IMG/VR virus record: IMGVR_UViG_3300050030_000093
Direction: 5' to 3' (one strand)
Length of the DNA stretch: 64,000 nucleotides
Source of the DNA: an uncultured virus (IMG/VR IMGVR_UViG_3300050030_000093)
Lineage: Duplodnaviria > Heunggongvirae > Uroviricota > Caudoviricetes
Shown here: positions 43,288 through 53,173 of the stretch, piece after piece
Numbering within the stretch: position 1 is the first letter of the stretch
Layout: each line of letters begins with the position of its first letter
The notes under the pieces: model-generated
What the model was told of the DNA's origin: nothing
The model's input: only the letters and a program-made list of their open reading frames with translations
Databases searched by the model: none
Program-made: the position numbers and the translations under genes

Positions 43288-44193
43288 TTATCTTAGCAAT
43301 GGTAAGTCATTCAATGAATTAAGTCGAAGATGACCAACATCATGTTTTATGTTCCAAGGTGCTGTGTATAAGTATGTAGTAATACCACCATTGTTCATTT
43401 CTACAAAGTTTTCAAATGCATCATCAATAAATATTTCTACACCAGCATCTTTAGCAACTTGTACTTTGCTTGTGCGAACATCAATACTATATACTGGTTT
43501 TGCAGGAAAATGATATTTGTCAAGCCATGCTTCTGTTACTTCTTTTAAAACAGGTCTTGACGTTATATAGCAATGTACTTCAAATGGTAGGTCTTCTGGC
43601 TTGATAAGTGGTTCTACGTTCATATAGAACTCATTGAGAGTTCCTGCTTCACGCATTTCATTAAATCGTTTTCCGACCTGTCTATCCAAGTACCAGCAAC
43701 TTGGTTCTACAAGTACTTCGGGATATAATTTATTCCAAGCTGCGGTCCAATTGGCAAGAACTCCATCAATGTCCAAACCTATTTTTGGTATGTTTAAATA
43801 TCTTTTTGGTCTGTCGTCACCCTGTGGAAAAGTATAATAAAATGCATTGAGAAAATGTACGTTGCAAGCTGCGTGAGCAATGTGCAAACGACCACTTTCT
43901 TTATCATAATCTTCGCCTCTTTCAATGGCAGCAATGTGCCTTTTAAGTGAAGCTAAAACTGAGGTCCAGGAAAGTCCACGTTCCCAATTTCTGTCAAAAT
44001 ATTTTTCAGCACCATCGGTCAGCACTTGAACAAAGTCTGCAAATGCATGTGGTTCAACTAAATCATATCTTTGCTTGCCTTTATTAAAGCGAAGTCCTGC
44101 ACCTTTGCCTGTGACAGCAGTGAAGTCTTTTTCTTTTTTGTCTTGATTTTCCATAATTACTTCCTTTACTAATTCGTCTGTTTTTTTACTCAT
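43288..44193 (-). CDS. dATP/dGTP diphosphohydrolase (DUF5664-like) fused to HAD 5'-nucleotidase
   Basis: K.RYDL..GAEKY..RNW.RG..RH..D.ESG..HIAHA; DIDGVL..ITSR..FIDD; likely start MSKK at 44193. Confidence 0.8.
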   Translation of the reverse strand: MSKKTDELVKEVIMENQDKKEKDFTAVTGKGAGLRFNKGKQRYDLVEPHAFADFVQVLTDGAEKYFDRNWERGLSWTSVLASLKRHIAAIERGEDYDKESGRLHIAHAACNVHFLNAFYYTFPQGDDRPKRYLNIPKIGLDIDGVLANWTAAWNKLYPEVLVEPSCWYLDRQVGKRFNEMREAGTLNEFYMNVEPLIKPEDLPFEVHCYITSRPVLKEVTEAWLDKYHFPAKPVYSIDVRTSKVQVAKDAGVEIFIDDAFENFVEMNNGGITTYLYTAPWNIKHDVGHLRLNSLNDLPLLR

Positions 44194-44206
44194 GATTTTT
44201 CTGTTT

Positions 44207-44572
44207 TTATTTTTCAAATATTTTAACACCAAACATTTCTTCGAGTTCTTTAAACGGTGCTTCGTAGGTTTTGGTTTCTGTTTTAAAATCATCGGCAATT
44301 GAAAAAACTTCCAGTTCAGTTATATCGATTTGATAGTCTTCAATTGTTTTAATTTTTTCTTCCTTGGTTTTGGGTTTAATTGTCAGAACATACGTGAAGA
44401 ATGCACGAAGTTGTCCTGGAGGTAAATCCGGATGTGACACGATTCTCAGTGAACCATAGGATTTTTTGTCAGTAAGTCCACGTAATACCCATCGTGCATC
44501 TACACGTAGTTCGGTTACGTATCCCGTTAGTCTGTCCCAATACGTATCATTAAGGTCAATAACCCGTTCCAT
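44207..44572 (-). CDS. hypothetical protein
   Basis: Likely start MERVID. Confidence 0.65.
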   Translation of the reverse strand: MERVIDLNDTYWDRLTGYVTELRVDARWVLRGLTDKKSYGSLRIVSHPDLPPGQLRAFFTYVLTIKPKTKEEKIKTIEDYQIDITELEVFSIADDFKTETKTYEAPFKELEEMFGVKIFEK

Positions 44573-44719
44573 TAACCAAAAAATATGTGTTGTATAACAT
44601 ATATGCCACCACCAATAAGTATAGTAGCAAATAATAGGTTCATGAACCAATCAAATAGCCAGTTAATTACTTTTAAAAATTTTACCATTATATTTTTTCA
44701 TTATTTGGAAGTTTGCCTG

Positions 44720-45562
44720 TCAGTCGATTTCATTGACTTCATTTTGTCCTGTCAGAGGATTCCATATTTTATTTATGTCGATTTCATTGACTTCATTTTG
44801 TCTTGCGGGACAGCCATGAATTTCCATTGTACGTACACCAAGTGCAGTTACTTTACGAATTTCTTCAAGTGCAGCTTGAGTATCAAGATGATATACCTTG
44901 TCTTTCGCTTTTGCAATGTGAAATTCTATGTAGTTAATCCACTCAGCAACTGGTTTTTCTTCATCGGGTGTGCCATCGAGTGTTCTGCGTGCAACCCAAG
45001 TTTTGTCTTGATAGTCTCTTTCGCCATCAATACGTTTGTAAACTTCTTTTCTTTCCATTTTTAATCCATTTGTTAAATTATATCCACTTTTTATTGTATT
45101 TTTAATTGTTGCAATAAAATCATTAAGAAATTTGTTTGCAGGATAATCACCACTAATGTCAACATCCTTGACAAAAATTATCATATTTTCTACACTCTCA
45201 AAAAGATAAGGTACATCGCCCCTTTCCTTCAAAAAAATGGTTTGCACCTTATTAAGTTTCTTGAGTTTGTAACCATTTTTGATTGTATTTTCTAAGCCAA
45301 TAATGATTTGCTTAACTTCTTCATTCCAAGCATTGGTATAAAACGGATTACCTGATGATTGAATATAACCAAGATATGTCAGTAATTGGTCTAAGTTCGA
45401 CCAATAATGACTATCTGGAATAACCTGCATGTAATTTGCATTAGGCACATATGTAGTTGTTATTGCTGATGCACCGAAATAAATGTTCGTGCCACCAGAT
45501 GGATACAGTTTAGATAAATCTGTACCGTTTCCTTTTAAAGAATATCCTGTATTCTCTCCCAT
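44720..45562 (-). CDS. hypothetical protein with C-terminal MazG-like helix pattern
   Basis: ERDYQD..W...EEIRKVTALGV..ME.HG; QNEVNEID duplicated at C-terminus. Confidence 0.55.
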   Translation of the reverse strand: MGENTGYSLKGNGTDLSKLYPSGGTNIYFGASAITTTYVPNANYMQVIPDSHYWSNLDQLLTYLGYIQSSGNPFYTNAWNEEVKQIIIGLENTIKNGYKLKKLNKVQTIFLKERGDVPYLFESVENMIIFVKDVDISGDYPANKFLNDFIATIKNTIKSGYNLTNGLKMERKEVYKRIDGERDYQDKTWVARRTLDGTPDEEKPVAEWINYIEFHIAKAKDKVYHLDTQAALEEIRKVTALGVRTMEIHGCPARQNEVNEIDINKIWNPLTGQNEVNEID

Positions 45563-45564
45563 GA

Positions 45565-46215
45565 CTATCGACTTGCTTTACGGGATGCCCGTGCCATTCT
45601 GTTCTTACGTTGACGTTTCTTACGATAGTCTTTGTCGAACTGATTGGTAGTTATGTTTGTTTGTACTCCTTTGTCTTTCACCAAGCGTTTTCTGCCAATT
45701 GAACTGGTAACTGTGGTTACTCCGACAGTTTTTACCGCATTTTTTATTGGATGAAATTTTATGCGAGATTCTTTTAAATCACGGACTAAAATATCGTGTT
45801 TTTCGCCATCAGTTAATTGTCGTTTTTCTACAATATTAGTTTCAGGATTTAAAATCTTATATAATTTGACATCTTCGCCTTCTTTATTTTTTTCACTACC
45901 TGCTGGTTTAATATAAAGGGTTGGTGTTATTTTGACATAAGTTTTTATGTTTAAATCTTCAGAATCATTGTCAACAGCACCGTCAACAGCACCGTCAATT
46001 GCTCCGTCATTTTTTTCTTCAGCCACTATTTCGGCTTTAATTTCATCATTGATTTTTTGAAGTTCTTCTGGTGGGATAACTGATTGTACACTTGGTGTTA
46101 CTTCAATTATTTTATCCTCTACATCGACTTCTTTAATAAGTGGAAACTCGTCAATTCTTCCTTCTTCTTCAATTTTTGGAGTGAATATTACTCCATCCTG
46201 TTTCTCTTCTGACAT
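45565..46215 (-). CDS. hypothetical protein, acidic N-terminus and basic C-terminus
   Basis: 216-aa ORF. Confidence 0.75.
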   Translation of the reverse strand: MSEEKQDGVIFTPKIEEEGRIDEFPLIKEVDVEDKIIEVTPSVQSVIPPEELQKINDEIKAEIVAEEKNDGAIDGAVDGAVDNDSEDLNIKTYVKITPTLYIKPAGSEKNKEGEDVKLYKILNPETNIVEKRQLTDGEKHDILVRDLKESRIKFHPIKNAVKTVGVTTVTSSIGRKRLVKDKGVQTNITTNQFDKDYRKKRQRKNRMARASRKASR

Positions 46216-46307
46216 TCATTTGAGATTAATATAAAGTTATTTTGCGTAAAACTACACAATCCGTAGCAAATATGCAAGAAAAAAAGGGCAACTACGCCCT
46301 TTTTATT

Positions 46308-46643
46308 TTATTCGGTTGGTACTTCAACCTTCACTAACACCGTGTACTTCTCCAAAATTCTATCAATTGTTTTTTGATATTTTTGAAGTGGATGACCGTC
46401 TTCCGGATAATGATTTTCAATCTGAGAAAAACTCCTGCCTCTGGCAATACCATAAGCTGCGTACATTACTCGTAAATCTTCTCTGTTAGTCTGATGCTTA
46501 TAAGTTGCTTCACTTGCAGGCATCTTTCTTTCACCGATGATTTTATCGGTTTTTCTCTGATTTTTATAGAACTTCTGAAGTTCAACTTTGTCTTTAATAT
46601 CGGCTTTCATTTTTGCGATATCGGTTTTTGCTATTGTTTCCAT
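46308..46643 (-). CDS. hypothetical phage protein downstream of amber uORF
   Basis: 111-aa ORF, R..Y.AY...RGRS..QIE. Confidence 0.8.
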   Translation of the reverse strand: METIAKTDIAKMKADIKDKVELQKFYKNQRKTDKIIGERKMPASEATYKHQTNREDLRVMYAAYGIARGRSFSQIENHYPEDGHPLQKYQKTIDRILEKYTVLVKVEVPTE

Positions 46644-46761
46644 GATAATGTTTATTTAAGATTAATTTAATTTATTTTGTGTAAACAAATTTGTTTATAT
46701 TACATAGTTTGCGTTACGCATTTTATGAAATCTTGATATCACAATTTGTGATATCAAATTA

Positions 46762-46797
46762 TTATGGCGGTCTGATGTCTATCTATAAATGTTTCAT
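46762..46797 (-). promoter_or_regulatory. putative uORF MKHL(amber)IDIRPP
   Basis: ATG AAA CAT TTA TAG ATA GAC ATC AGA CCG CCA TAA TAA followed by a 12-bp inverted repeat. Confidence 0.5.
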
Positions 46798-47577
46798 TGA
46801 TTTAATATTTTTCCATTTTTTACCTGTATTAATTTCAGATATTGTACTTCGACTAATGTTAAATTTTTTTGCAATATCTTTTTGTAAAAAGTCACCTTTA
46901 CATAACAAACGTTGAATTTCCATTACTTCTTCGAGTTTCAATTTTTTGCACACATTTCCCGAAGTATACATATGTTTCGAATTTTCAGCATGTTCAATCC
47001 ACTCTAAATTAATATCACGATTATCGGTTTTTATTCCATTTATATGATTGACCTCAAGTGATGTGTTATCATTATATTTGAATGTTAATGCTACCAATCT
47101 ATGTACTCTATATGTTTTACGAATATGTTCATAATCAGTTAGACCAACGACCAAATATTCACGTGAAAAATTTTGTTTCATTATTTTATTGCCAGATAAA
47201 GATTTTCCATGTTTTTTTACTCTACCCAAATTAGAAACAGAATAAAGTCCTTCATATTTTGGAATGGGTTTCCATATCTCGTAATTTAAATTATTGATAT
47301 TTAAATTTTGATATATTTTACGAGCACCATTTTTATAGTCTTGCAAATTTTTTTCTTTAATTATATTATCAACACTAAAATTAATTTCTTCAATGGGGAT
47401 AAAGCCATCAAAAGAAGTATTTTTAATGTCACCATAATATTTAATGGTTTCAATATATGGAATACCAAAATTAAAACCAATGAAAACAAATTCACCTTTA
47501 TGCCATTGAGCAATATTAGTGTTTCTACAAGTACCGATGTAGAACGAATTTTCTTTTAAATTTAATTTATCTATCAT
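46783..47577 (-). CDS. NUMOD4-HNH homing endonuclease
   Basis: EIWKPI..YSVSNLGRVK; VHRLVA..VNHINGIKTDN...NLEW; C-terminal HTH. Confidence 0.9.
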   Translation of the reverse strand: MIDKLNLKENSFYIGTCRNTNIAQWHKGEFVFIGFNFGIPYIETIKYYGDIKNTSFDGFIPIEEINFSVDNIIKEKNLQDYKNGARKIYQNLNINNLNYEIWKPIPKYEGLYSVSNLGRVKKHGKSLSGNKIMKQNFSREYLVVGLTDYEHIRKTYRVHRLVALTFKYNDNTSLEVNHINGIKTDNRDINLEWIEHAENSKHMYTSGNVCKKLKLEEVMEIQRLLCKGDFLQKDIAKKFNISRSTISEINTGKKWKNIKSMKHL

Positions 47578-47646
47578 AATTACAAATTTAATATAAATAC
47601 TTGAATTGCGAAAATAAATACTTCATTTATAAATTTAATTGCGACT

Positions 47647-48006
47647 TTAATTTTTAATTGCGACTTTAACTTCTTCAAGTGCTAAGTCTAAATTCTGCGT
47701 AATTTTACGCATTTCGGGCGTACCATAATAGCAAATACTGGTCAACTGGTTGTCAATGTCGGGTTCTGTGAATGCAACAACATTAGCACCATTGTCCTGT
47801 AATTTGTAAAATAGTCTTTGAAGTCTTTCTTCGTTATCAATCGATAACGAAATGAGATAATTTGAATCTCTTTTCCACTCTTGAAATTCTGAGGGAAAAT
47901 GCTGAATGAATTCAGCAATTGCGTGCCCAGATTGAACTAATTGTTGTCCAGCACTCAAATCTTGTCGAACAACAGTAACTAATTTTATTATCTACTTATC
48001 TTTCAT
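47647..48006 (-). CDS. pth2: peptidyl-tRNA hydrolase, Pth2 type, with in-frame TAG at codon 5
   Basis: MKDK*IIKLVTVVRQDLSAGQQLVQSGHA..F.EPD....T; ATG overlaps the upstream TGA. Confidence 0.8.
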
Positions 48007-48707
48007 ATTAAAAAATTTAATTTGTTTTCAATATTTTCATTATACCTTATTCTTATTAATTGTATTAAATTTTCATCACAATATTTATTTTTTATATTAT
48101 CTCTTCTTTGAATATTATTAAATTCTTCAGTTCCACCAAAAGCATGATTTGGCTTAAAATGTTGAATGCCATCAAATTCAATCATAATATTTAAATTAGG
48201 TAAATAAAAATCAAATTTTAATTTACCAATATCTTTACAATTATTAAACATTTTATTTCGAATATATGTTATTCGATTTTTATTCAAAAAAGATTTTATT
48301 TTTAATTCACCCTTTGAATCGTTACAAATTGGACATCCAATACCTCTCATGTGGTGAGCAGGTGCTTGTTCAAAAACACCATGTATTGGGCATATTATAT
48401 CGACATGAGTTTTATTGTTAAAATAATTGACCAAGGAATAATCATATTTATTACTATGTGTTTTATTCGAAATAATAATAAATTCGGTTTGGGAAAGTTT
48501 CAATTTATTTGCTTTATATTCGATAGCACATTTCGGACATCCAGATTTTCTAAGGATATGATTTTTTGGAGTTTGTTCAAAAACATTATGTTTTGAACAA
48601 ATTATTCTAATTTTTGTTGAAACGTTCTTGTAATTGACTAATGAATAGTTGTATTTTTCGCCATGAATTTTTTTGGCTTCTTTAATGAAGGACTCAGTAT
48701 CGTACAT
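48003..48707 (-). CDS. endonuclease with C..HG zinc repeats and Vsr/DUF559-like domain
   Basis: IICPIHGVFEQ..H..G.GCP.C; SKGE..FDFYLP..IEFDGIQH. Confidence 0.8.
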   Translation of the reverse strand: MYDTESFIKEAKKIHGEKYNYSLVNYKNVSTKIRIICSKHNVFEQTPKNHILRKSGCPKCAIEYKANKLKLSQTEFIIISNKTHSNKYDYSLVNYFNNKTHVDIICPIHGVFEQAPAHHMRGIGCPICNDSKGELKIKSFLNKNRITYIRNKMFNNCKDIGKLKFDFYLPNLNIMIEFDGIQHFKPNHAFGGTEEFNNIQRRDNIKNKYCDENLIQLIRIRYNENIENKLNFLI

Positions 48708-48859
48708 AATGCTTTTATTTACTATAAATACTAAGTTAGTTACGAATTGATAACCTATTTTTTCATTTTTGTTAACCTACTTCATTGTTTTAAATTTAAT
48801 TGTTAATAATACTCTGCGGTATATAAATACTTAGAGAGTTCAAAATTACTACAATTATT

Positions 48860-49189
48860 TTAATTTCCTAATAAATTATCAATTTCTTTTTTGTCTTGTT
48901 TTTTTATTCTTGCCCTTGCCTGTGATGTTATGTAATCTCTTTCTGCCCGTACTTGTTTTCTTTTTGCCCTGACAGTCTTTGCATTATGCCAATGTGAACC
49001 ATCTGAACAATACATGTTATCGAATCCCTCTTGACTAATATCATTATCAGGTTGGTGCACTAATACTTCATTCCTGCCTGCAATTTTATTTGCATCATGA
49101 ATAAAAGGAGTTAATTTTCTCTGAGGCTTATGTCCATATAGACCAAAACCCCTTCTGTTGCTTTTCAAATCTTTTTTAGTTCTACTCAT
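48860..49189 (-). CDS. basic hypothetical protein
   Basis: MSRT start, R/K-rich. Confidence 0.65.
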   Translation of the reverse strand: MSRTKKDLKSNRRGFGLYGHKPQRKLTPFIHDANKIAGRNEVLVHQPDNDISQEGFDNMYCSDGSHWHNAKTVRAKRKQVRAERDYITSQARARIKKQDKKEIDNLLGN

Positions 49190-49339
49190 TAATTAACTTT
49201 TAGAATGTGTATCACTTTTATGTCCTCTATCTGCATATGCAGGACAAAATTTTGGATTGCATGATGATAATAACATCATTGTCAAAACAAATAAAATTAT
49301 AAAAATCAATTTAATTTTTTTCATATTCATAAATTTTTG

Positions 49340-49411
49340 AGGGCATAACGGGACTCGAACCCGTGGCAATTGGTTTTAGAGACCAATGTTCTACCTCTGA
49401 ACTATATGCCC
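49340..49411 (-). tRNA. amber suppressor tRNA (anticodon CUA)
   Basis: Full cloverleaf; anticodon arm TTGGT-CTCTAAA-ACCAA. Confidence 0.9.
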
Positions 49412-49616
49412 GTATTTAACAAAATATTTTTTTATTTGCCTTCAATTCTTCTAATTTTTCCTTATTTTCTCTTAAATATATTTCTTCATCTGTCAAATGA
49501 AATCCATCCTTACCTGATTTTCTGCGTTTCAAATACCTGCCATAACTGCCTTGTCGGACCAAACAGAGAATTTTTTCTCCCGTGTTTTCATCATATAAAT
49601 AGCCAAGTCCTTGCAT

Positions 49617-50463
49617 TTACTTTCTTGCATCAATTAATTTCTCCCAATATTGTGGTTTTAATTCATTTGCATCAAATGGCATATTATTCTCTGCATGAAA
49701 CCATTGCAGGTGTACATGACTGTAATAACATTCACCTTTATCGGTAGTTACTGTTTGTAATTCTAACGGTAATTCTTTTCTGACATCAACTTTAACAATT
49801 GCTTTCATATCATTTATGTATATAATCATTTCTTCAATGGCTGATTTCAAATCACCATAATGATGCAAGTGATATTTTTTTGCTATTTCAGTAAATTTTT
49901 CTTTTATACTAATCATCTTCAAGTTTGTATATTTTTTTCCTTATAATAGCATAGTTGGTAAAACATAAATACATTGTCTTGAATTCCTGTCCTTCCTTTG
50001 CTACTTGATATATGTACTTCTCTCCCTTTGTAATTACTCTTTGTAATTCATTTACATCAATTCCCCATTCTTCTCTCTCATCTTCAGTACTATTTTTTAA
50101 TATATATTCATACCCATCACAAAATCTATCAAACTCACTGACAGGGTATGTTCGCTTAAGTAGTTCAAAGTCCTGCATCTAATTGTGATTGAACAGAGTC
50201 TCAGCAAGAATAGAAGTAACACCACCGTTACCGTGAAGGTTACAGTCGAGTTTTAATGTACAAATATCATCAAGATATTTTCCAAGTTCTTCTTGGGTTT
50301 CAGCTTTGCTCCAGATTTTTCCTTCGTCTACTGTGACGTTGCCAAGATTAATTGACAGACCGTCTTCATCAGTTTTTCTGATTATCTGACCAATAAAGGT
50401 TCTATTCCAGTCTGCTTTGACCATGAATAGTTCGGTGATTTCTATTGTCGGTAACTTTTTCAT
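49617..50463 (-). other. Hypothetical CDS: 49617-49922, 49909-50178, 50179-50463
   Basis: Coupled ORFs behind ECF-type promoter at 50469-50498. Confidence 0.7.
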
Positions 50464-50530
50464 AATAGTTATACGTAAATACTAATAAAAATGTTACAGA
50501 AAAAGTCAAATTTTTTGACTTGCTGGTTTT

Positions 50531-50950
50531 CTATAATATGTGCCACACTTTGCTTAAATCTAAATAATTGTCAGCAAGATGTATTCCGGGTTGACTTAGT
50601 TTTGTCTCACTAACTCTTAAACTCATTGCCCTTTTACCCAATAATTCAAGTGTTGTGACATAATATATTTTATCGGTATTGGGACAATAAATTGCCCAAA
50701 TATCTGTCTTAGATAGGTCAACAGGTACTTTTTTACCGTTTACAACACTTGATGTTACGATTTGTAATACACCTGTTTTATTTACGGTAATATATTTAAT
50801 CTGTACCCTTTGAATTTTCATATTCTTATCTGCGATAATCAAATCGACATGTGTTCTATCTGAGAACGGCAAAAACACAAAAAATCCTTTTCTGACAACA
50901 TCTGCAATCACAGCAGCCAAACCGATATCTCCCTTTTCATTAGTATTCAT
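50531..50950 (-). CDS. PD-(D/E)XK homing-type endonuclease
   Basis: KGDIG....G..V.LP.....DLI.....RVQIKY. Confidence 0.75.
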   Translation of the reverse strand: MNTNEKGDIGLAAVIADVVRKGFFVFLPFSDRTHVDLIIADKNMKIQRVQIKYITVNKTGVLQIVTSSVVNGKKVPVDLSKTDIWAIYCPNTDKIYYVTTLELLGKRAMSLRVSETKLSQPGIHLADNYLDLSKVWHIL

Positions 50951-51015
50951 AACAATATTTTATTATAAATACTTTAATATTTAAGAAAGGGTTGACTCAA
51001 CTCATGATTTGTTTG

Positions 51016-51104
51016 CGGAGAGGATAGGATTCGAACCTACGGGGCAATTTTAGTCGCCCAACAACTTAGCAGGTTGCCCTTTTCGACCACTCAAGCACCT
51101 CTCC
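51016..51104 (-). tRNA. tRNA-Ser(GCT)
   Basis: Cloverleaf with long variable arm; loop CTGCTAA. Confidence 0.9.
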
Positions 51105-51265
51105 TTGCTATATTAAAGTCATTACTAATTTCAATTGATATTTTTCGCCTTCCTCTGTTTCTAACATTTGAACAGGAATTACGGCTTCTTCTGCAAATTC
51201 AATTCTGCCATCATACACTAATTCTTCTGCTAATTGAAGCAAATTTCCGATATCCAGTTTTGTTT

Positions 51266-52337
51266 TCATGATTTCAATTCTCCAAATTCTTTTTTTATTT
51301 CGGGATTTGCTTCAATAAACGCTTCTGAGCATTCACTGAGATACCAAGGATATAATTTTTCTTTGGCAACGCCTCTGGCTGCACTTCTGCAGTCTCTCCA
51401 ACGGTCACCTTTTATAAGGTCAAGAATTATGCCTTCCAATTGCTTGGCATTGGCTTCTGCATTTATTTCACCGAACATTCCCATATCTGTCGTCTTTAAT
51501 TGTATTATATTCAGTTTCTCTTGTCATTATTTGATTAAAGCAATTATCACATAAATATGTTGTTAAATTATGACTGTTTTCAAATGCTTGATGCTCTTCT
51601 GATTGAAGTTCTTTGTCCCAAATATTTTCTTCGCCTATTTTATGTGAAGCAAGATTTTGGCAACCAACTTTCATGCATTTTACTCCTTTACATGTTAACG
51701 GCAATTTGGGTTTAATTGTATTGCTCATTGCTTTTTATGTTTTAAAATTACTACACTACTAATTTTATATGCAAGAATTGCTTCTTGGTCATAATGCACT
51801 AAAGTAAAATCAACAATTTTATTGATTTGCTCTTTGGTACAGATAATTCTACAAGGAATCATTCTGTCAACATATAACTGACCGTGTGGACTTACCCACT
51901 GACCTTTGGCAGTCTTCATGACGGTTACTCCACCTGTAAGGTCTTTGACAAATGCATCCCATGCCTTATGATGCTCATAAGTGAACTCCTTGTCATTGTT
52001 GCCGGAAGCTGGAACCAATATTTTCCACAATTCAGTTTTCATATTGTTCTTCTTTTAAAACGTTTGGTAATGACTTCTTTCTTTTGGTTTCAACTAATCT
52101 GAAATAATCATCATAAAATACGTTATATCCAAGTTTCAAGCATAATGTTAAACCTTCTCCCTTATAATTTTTAATGTGAATCTCTCTGGAATCGCTGATA
52201 ACTGTATAAATACCATTGTATTGAAAGTAATCACTACCTCTCTTACATTCAAGTTTAATCAAGTCGCCCTTTTTAACTTTGTGAGGGTCACTTGCCTTTT
52301 TATACAACTTTTGTTGATATTTTATGATTCCTTTCAT
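51266..52337 (-). other. Hypothetical CDS: 51266-51484, 51468-51728, 51725-52042, 52032-52337
   Basis: Overlapping ORFs downstream of rplL. Confidence 0.7.
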
Positions 52338-52339
52338 AA

Positions 52340-52717
52340 TTATTTTATTTCAACTACTGCACCCACATTTTCCAGTTCGGTTTTAAGTATCAATGCATCG
52401 GTTTTTGATACTTTTCCTGTCAGAAGACCCGGACATTTATCGACCAGTTCTTTTGATTCTTTGAGTCCCAATCTCAAGCATTCATTAACTTTTTTGATGA
52501 CATGTAATTTTTGTCCACCAATTTCTTTCAGATAAACATCAAATTCAGTCTGTTCTTTTACTGCAACTTCGGGTGTTGGTACACCAATCGGAGTTACAAT
52601 GCTCTGACCCTTGATGCCATAATCATTTTCAAGAATATCAATGAGTTGTTTTGCTTCTAACACCGTCAATTTTGTCAATGTGTCAGCAATTGCGAATAAT
52701 TTTGGATTTGTTGCCAT
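52340..52717 (-). CDS. rplL: 50S ribosomal protein L7/L12
   Basis: LTVLEAKQL..L...YGI; EQTEFDV.L...G.QK..VIK.V.....GLKESKELVD..K..LE..GA.VEIK. Confidence 0.92.
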   Translation of the reverse strand: MATNPKLFAIADTLTKLTVLEAKQLIDILENDYGIKGQSIVTPIGVPTPEVAVKEQTEFDVYLKEIGGQKLHVIKKVNECLRLGLKESKELVDKCPGLLTGKVSKTDALILKTELENVGAVVEIK

Positions 52718-52784
52718 TATTTCTATTATTAATTATTATGCAATTATACGTAAAATTTCTGAAAATGTTACAGTAAAAGTAAAA

Positions 52785-53078
52785 AATAACATGAGCGTAG
52801 CCAGAATTCTGTTGTTAATCATCATTTATCTAAGCACCAACCCGACTATCACAGAGTTGCTTTCCCTCTAAGTCTGTATGGCTTGCACCCCACACTACAA
52901 GTAGTGCTTCTAATCTCTGCGGTAGTAACGATTTTAAACAGTTGGTACTCTGATGCTTCATTTCTCAACCTAATCTTCCGCATTTAGCAAAGGTGTTCTG
53001 AACTTCCTCTATCCGGACATTTATCTGGACAAAATGTCCTGATTAGTGTCCGGATAGCGATGAATCCTCGGTGTTATT
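52785..53078 (-). ncRNA. rnpB: RNase P RNA (compact)
   Basis: P1 AATAACA/TGTTATT; GAGGAAGTTCAG (CR-I), GGTGCAAG, AGATAAATG (CR-IV), AACAGAATTCTGGCTA (CR-V). Confidence 0.85.
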
Positions 53079-53173
53079 TTTTACTGTTGTCCGGATTATT
53101 GTCCGGATTTCGCCAGATTGTCGAGATTCTGGCGAGATTGTGATGGGGGTAGGTCTATGCCATGTTCATCACA

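Noticed and set aside
47647..47958. ORF-track TTG start for Pth
   Set aside because: It cuts off the conserved first beta-strand K.V.VVR.DL.
34898..53109. Short tandem duplications (TAATCGGACGA x2 near 34900; TGTCCGGATT x2 near 53090; KETGNI x2 near 16640)
   Set aside because: Two-copy slippage-type repeats with no further structure.
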